Shown here in pieces: positions 61,001 through 64,000 of a stretch of 64,000 nucleotides of DNA. The stretch comes from a virus. Taxonomy: Duplodnaviria; Caudoviricetes. The position numbers and the translations under genes are program-made. The first letter of the stretch is position 1. The number at the start of each line of letters is the position of its first letter. Under the pieces are notes generated by a model that saw only the letters and a list, made by a program, of their open reading frames with translations, was not told the origin of the DNA and did not search any database. Location: positions 1 to 64,000 of IMG/VR virus record IMGVR_UViG_3300026549_000050. One strand, written 5' to 3'.

Positions 61001-64000
61001 ACAATGTACGGAACTTTACGCATCTTTGAATGGTTTATCAGAAGATGAGATTGAAATATTAATAAATCCTGAGGTTGAGGGTAAGGAGAAAGTTGATCAA
61101 TTCTTAGATGAATTAGCAAAAACTCCAAAACAAAAAGAAATTTTCATAGAAGCCGCCGCAAAAATCGCGGGTGGAAATGCTGCCAGTGCTAAAGATACTA
61201 TAATGCAGCAATTAGGCTTTTCTTCTGAACAAGCAGAAATAATTACTCAAAAAATTGAAGTAGCTCTTGAAACAGAAAGTCTTGATACTGCAAGCGTAAT
61301 TGACGCAGTAGATAGCATACCTTCATATAAAGGAATAAATGTCAATGCTAATATTGCAAATGCAATGAGCGGAATTGATCAAACTAAGGGCAATATTAGT
61401 TCCATACCAGATGAGCATGGTACTAATATTACGGCAGATAACTCTGATTTAAATAGTAAATCTGCCCAAGCCACCAGTAACATTAATAGTATTCCAGATA
61501 GTCATGGTACTAATATTACTGCTACAGATAGTGCTACTTCAGTAATAAGTAGAGTTAGAACTGCTTTATCAAGAATACCTAGTGTTGTTAGATCTATTAT
61601 TAAGGTCGATAAAGAGGCCGCGAGGGGTTTAAATTATTCAATTCCTGCTCATCAAACGCCTAGTTTTGGTTCGGCCGCGAATGGATTTAATACTACAGGT
61701 TCTTCCAAACGTTCAATGACTGCTTTGGTAGGCGAAGAAGGATTTGAAATCGCATATATACCATCTCAAGCGCGTTCAATGATATTGGGTGCAAATGGAC
61801 CAGAAATTACTTCTTTCCCAAGTGATACAGTTATTTATCCACATAAGCAGTCTTTAGATATTATTAGACGTGGAAAGCAAAAAAATAGTTTTGATTCATT
61901 TGCACAAGGTAGAAGCGGTGGTTTAAGATCATCAGTCATTAAATATGTTGAATCAAACAATGCACGTAAGTCGGGTGGTAGTAGTAGCAATAACAAAAGT
62001 AATAATAAATCCAATGCAGGTAATAAAGCCGCGAAAGCAGTTGAAGATACTGCAAAACGTATCGGTGGTGTATCTGTATGGTGGGAAAATATTGCTCGTA
62101 AAACTGAGGCAACTCAACGTAAAGCAGATAATAACCAGAAAAACTTTGATAAATATATCAAAGATATGCGTGCCACTCTTAAAAAGACCGGTACTGTTGG
62201 TCAAGGTGATGCTTATATATCAAATTTAAAGAACGTTATTTCTTTGAATCAACAACAGGTTAAAAAAGCAACACAACAATTATTAACTCTTGACATAGGA
62301 ACCGATGCATATAGAAAAGCTAAAAATGCCGAAGAAAGAGCCAAAGCTAATGAAAGAGCTTTTAATGGAGCTACTCCTGGAGTAGCACAGGTATCTTATT
62401 CTACTGGTTCTGGTGACAACAAAAAAACCGTTGATGAATTAGTTAATCTAGCTCCTTTTATAAAGAAAGATAAAACCGGCGCTTATGTTGTAGATCAGGG
62501 CGTACTTAATAGCGTTAAAAACCAAGAAAGACGTAAAGGTATCGCTGATGCTGCAAATAAAGAAGTTAATGATTTAACTAACAAAAGAAATAAAGCCGAA
62601 GATGAGATAAAAAAAGCTCAAGAAGCTTTGGAAAAGATGGGCGAAGAATTATATAATACATTCTTTGCTTGGGAAACTGAATTAACAAAAATTTGGAATA
62701 TTACTCAAAAAATAGAAAGAGCAGAAGAAAAATTATCTCGTCAAAAAGCTTATAGCGAATTATTGACTGCGCAATTAAATTCTGGACTGCAAAAAGCCAC
62801 AAAAGAATTTAACAAAAAGAGTGTGGCCGCATTTAAAACTGAAATAAAGCAAGAAACGAAAATATTGCGCTCTAGAGTCAATTCAATTTCAGTTTTACGC
62901 GATAATGTAACAAAAGCTTTAAGTACTGCGGATGAAAAAGCTACTTTAAAATCAATTAAAGCTAAGCTGGCGAGTGATAAAAAATATGATGCTGCTAGGG
63001 CAAACCTGCAGAAAAAAGCAGAAGCCAAAACTAAGGCTCGGAATAGAGTTAAAAAAGCTAAGGCAGGGGTTTCTTCAGCTCAAGCGCAATTAAAGGCCGC
63101 GAAAAAAACTGGTAATGCAAAACAAATAGCCGCAGCGCAAACAAAGCTTAATAATGCAAATAGGGAATTAGCTAATGCCAATAAAGCATTAACTAATGCT
63201 ACTAAAGCTTATAATACAGCTAGCAAAAGTTTATCACAATATAAAAACTTAAATGCAACTGAAAAATTAGGTTATGAGACTTATGCAAAAAAACTGCAAG
63301 AGGATATAGATATTCAAAATGCAGCGAGCAAGTATTTAACTGCGACAAGGCTCGCAGATGGCACAGTTGATTTTAATTTTAACAGTAGTAGATTTGAACA
63401 AGATAAATTAGCTGGTAACATAAGCGCAGATAAGGCTAAAAAAATTGAAGAATATGTTGAGAAAGTTCAAAAGGCAGTTGAAGAATTAAATACTACTTAT
63501 AAGGAAATAACTGATGTTTTAACAGATATGCATGATAGGTTGGCTGATTTAAAAGATCAATGGGCCAACTACGCAAGAGATTTATGGGAATATGTCGAAG
63601 AAAAGAAAAAAGATGATGTAGAAAACTTAAAAAAGCTTAGTTCTTCAATTAGCAATGCTTTAAAGAAGTTATTAGATGAAGTAAAACGTAAACTTGATGA
63701 GCGTAGACGCGTAGAAGATAATGCAAAAACTGAGTCCGATATCTCTAGAAAACAGCAGCGTTTAGCTATGTTACGTGCTGATACTTCTGGCGGAAACCTT
63801 GTAGAGATTGCTCAATTAGAACAAGAATTAGCCACAGCACAACAAAATTATCAGCGTTCTTTAGAAGATCAGCTATTAGATAAATTACAACAACAAGCAG
63901 ATCTTGCAGCTCAGCAACGTGAAAGACTTATTGAACTAAGTGAGGCTCAACTTGAAGCAACTAACAATGCTGCCTTGGTTGATATGTGGATGGCTAATCC
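55083..64000 (+). CDS. Tape measure protein, >2970 aa, 3'-truncated by the window (missing from ORF track)
   Basis: RBS ggagga, ATG 55083; frame consistent at the window end (NNAALVDMWMAN); TMP core motifs AGSRQQSRFIAMM and LEAKLNKLHNAW; ALVGEEGFE motif; long coiled coils. Confidence 0.88.
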   Translation, partial: MAETVDILLRARMEANEVTSSIGQIQKSLQSLTLPKGLSNDLEKEFSKIGPLLKDYQKQLNKGFSNKKDLQTFSALKEQIGDTLGTIKTLVNQANSQQIRLKVDTQAIDQLQNKIVSKTEALQKALSQVFTKSVNADNIATQFDKVLQSTSRSTSVKGMIGNAGKLFNAQEYAAYNAELDKIKNKILSLSTSKVNFAKSLGVKDAEKDIAAVEAKITSFFNKLKVNEGKVQSIELLKKELREMGVELEQLDISSKLKGAEEVNSLHAGLQQIEQDFHNTGNAANDAASGILSMKDQVGQLRQSTQYFFSLRNMINLFKRGIDDAVKSVKELDAAMTETAVVTTNTVGDMWNMLPEYTKNANALGATVLDMYKATTLYYQQGLNAEQSMSIAAETMKMARIGGLEAADATDKMTAALRGFNMEINELSAQRINDVYSNLAAKTASNTEELGSAMQRTASIAHSAGMSFEGTAAFLAQAIETTREPAENLGTAMKTIVARFQELKENPLEIVEVDGEEVSYNKVDTALQSIGVSLKDANGQFRNLDKVFLEIAQRWDSLTQTQQRYIATTAAGSRQQSRFIAMMSNYERTMQLMSYANDSAGASNEQFNKTMDSLEAKLNKLHNAWQAFMMGIANNTFVKGAVDGLTFVISQTNTLINTLSGGRGVIKSFLSLFTAFTALKGLGRFANAAIGGLGGMLDPQSSFKQGFFGGGIIGNKANANATQARMISDPIVNAINRLYQAQTGKTVTKDSQTSAKADYKAFTEANTGLRGTINQLKPGEQFSIGEAYSKIDKLDTRQQKAVLQQLPGLTLSLQKNGIKFNTKDISRSSQELLKVFNKEINDGLKNGNIDSQTALKMFGSPQEFAKAMSARGDDYARAAQEVLGNSFDRSTYREDLANKLLQVEKFKNMDKDSFNNYLDKAVAKRNERDQQEFAGFATSQISNGAKLANNIASVGQAATMAGQGVAQLGMQLSNAGFKTAGAAVTDLGYKISSLGMIASSVGSVFGKIFANDGPMALINAHPVMAMVTAIAAIAGTVAFINKQIKENAKNSAQEIQQAYSESVKEASDKIDSLKANVSTFKQLSKGVDKYGHNLSLTEEEYDQFLSTSKALAETSPSLIKGYDAQGRAIIATGDAVDQLIKKQEDLRNTARDNYITGEAFSTNIAGIRAGENYESIVSSESYIDEYGTTQFKQVFMGKQIATFNKAVKKIDNKKLKNLNAEITKLTGHEIDLANINDQSVKVIASRYQDINRLVEENSQKLDDKTREGLQKAFSGIGEDYNSFLSDLQPLTEQLGLFLDSKGLSVLGLGISEEFVAGFNKGLEDLALTSVTENWGGSRLQREAENYAKGFRNLTKEGSAYSRTLEQIDRIQQDYLKNAGETGAIEDYNKNIQEQINHLNSLANQYDGTSAAGTAFAEMCRSAAADAQMFTEYGVALLGEGLNTLASEFSQAREAQKRFEEATAGGDYYTAAEGYKSIMDTVMNEKNDAGQGSLTAWRGATELLGASVVDNAKSWDEVASKIQKIAPMFEDGAEGVLAFNDFLVEAWHNAGGASGELAKLGSVIDGEFHFDFDTQNESLEKFAKLLGISEGALAALIDKSRQWVPWDISDPDMIMSALRNSETTIQGSNGTLYTAESAFRDEAYRNEIVGDNYKETRKTVEDRGVKLLTVDELTAKSQSGIVANDILKDLNISSQQQNNTLDNAVRVFSGLGFGLEDITTVLTKQGMSLQEGPVTAEQIAEVYDQQAFAAENPTVAGIASDTGIIASNTSALLTSMGILDKNTKEKVDEVTSDKYVDNAFLDYKRERKGATNQAEREQALNNVQAKIDKYDSDIERLKQGQSTHKEDTATWKEYQETIDKLEKARNNLSGMVEKDQQLLIDTAEQAQTIIQDIGISNENTDFLNANALDVSNALNNTDINAGIASLAALRQEGSLTKDTMFALASEFQKIHNTDLSQLTYGELANLYTQLGLGKEQCTELYASLNGLSEDEIEILINPEVEGKEKVDQFLDELAKTPKQKEIFIEAAAKIAGGNAASAKDTIMQQLGFSSEQAEIITQKIEVALETESLDTASVIDAVDSIPSYKGINVNANIANAMSGIDQTKGNISSIPDEHGTNITADNSDLNSKSAQATSNINSIPDSHGTNITATDSATSVISRVRTALSRIPSVVRSIIKVDKEAARGLNYSIPAHQTPSFGSAANGFNTTGSSKRSMTALVGEEGFEIAYIPSQARSMILGANGPEITSFPSDTVIYPHKQSLDIIRRGKQKNSFDSFAQGRSGGLRSSVIKYVESNNARKSGGSSSNNKSNNKSNAGNKAAKAVEDTAKRIGGVSVWWENIARKTEATQRKADNNQKNFDKYIKDMRATLKKTGTVGQGDAYISNLKNVISLNQQQVKKATQQLLTLDIGTDAYRKAKNAEERAKANERAFNGATPGVAQVSYSTGSGDNKKTVDELVNLAPFIKKDKTGAYVVDQGVLNSVKNQERRKGIADAANKEVNDLTNKRNKAEDEIKKAQEALEKMGEELYNTFFAWETELTKIWNITQKIERAEEKLSRQKAYSELLTAQLNSGLQKATKEFNKKSVAAFKTEIKQETKILRSRVNSISVLRDNVTKALSTADEKATLKSIKAKLASDKKYDAARANLQKKAEAKTKARNRVKKAKAGVSSAQAQLKAAKKTGNAKQIAAAQTKLNNANRELANANKALTNATKAYNTASKSLSQYKNLNATEKLGYETYAKKLQEDIDIQNAASKYLTATRLADGTVDFNFNSSRFEQDKLAGNISADKAKKIEEYVEKVQKAVEELNTTYKEITDVLTDMHDRLADLKDQWANYARDLWEYVEEKKKDDVENLKKLSSSISNALKKLLDEVKRKLDERRRVEDNAKTESDISRKQQRLAMLRADTSGGNLVEIAQLEQELATAQQNYQRSLEDQLLDKLQQQADLAAQQRERLIELSEAQLEATNNAALVDMWMAN

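Noticed and set aside
57029-63028. Short ORFs listed within 57-63 kb
   Set aside because: They are antisense or off-frame shadows of the tape measure gene.
1-64000. Stop-codon reassignment / suppressor tRNA
   Set aside because: Core genes are intact in code 11, and the 14441 tRNA reads TAA (Leu) in a 7-nt loop, not TTA.
1-64000. Integrated prophage boundaries, integrase, IS elements or a diversity-generating retroelement
   Set aside because: No host housekeeping genes, recombinase, transposase or reverse transcriptase motifs seen in this window.

Overview
A 64-kb segment of a large, AT-rich tailed phage, most likely a long-tailed siphovirus of a Bacillota (Clostridia-like) host, using the standard genetic code. 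Layout: (1) 1-8.5 kb: 5'-truncated multi-domain cell-wall hydrolase, dNMP kinase, a detached tail-fibre/baseplate module and an ATP-dependent DNA ligase. (2) 8.5-18.3 kb: an RNA-rich island with five canonical tRNAs (Asp, Leu, Met, Asn, Gln), four tRNA-like genes with damaged or missing anticodon arms, two large structured ncRNA candidates (one GOLLD-like), a Stealth-like protein, an N6-adenine MTase and an HNH endonuclease. (3) 18.4-28.5 kb: small accessory genes, including a protein kinase-like gene, a GIY-YIG endonuclease, a metallophosphatase and a YdbC/PC4 protein. (4) 28.5-29.6 kb: a repeat-rich non-coding convergence zone (possible origin or terminus). (5) 29.6-40.8 kb: a minus-strand region built from repeated promoter cassettes. 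It carries about 19 Bacillota-type LexA/SOS boxes, four winged-helix paralogues, duplicated DEDDh exonuclease and HAD nucleotidase genes, and two arrays of ORF-less, promoter-driven hairpin small-RNA units; these arrays are the best candidate for an undescribed system. (6) 41-64 kb: terminase, portal, protease/scaffold, capsid, neck, two tail-tube paralogues and a tape measure protein of more than 2970 aa that runs off the window and is absent from the ORF track. All calls come from reading motifs by eye; no searches were run.
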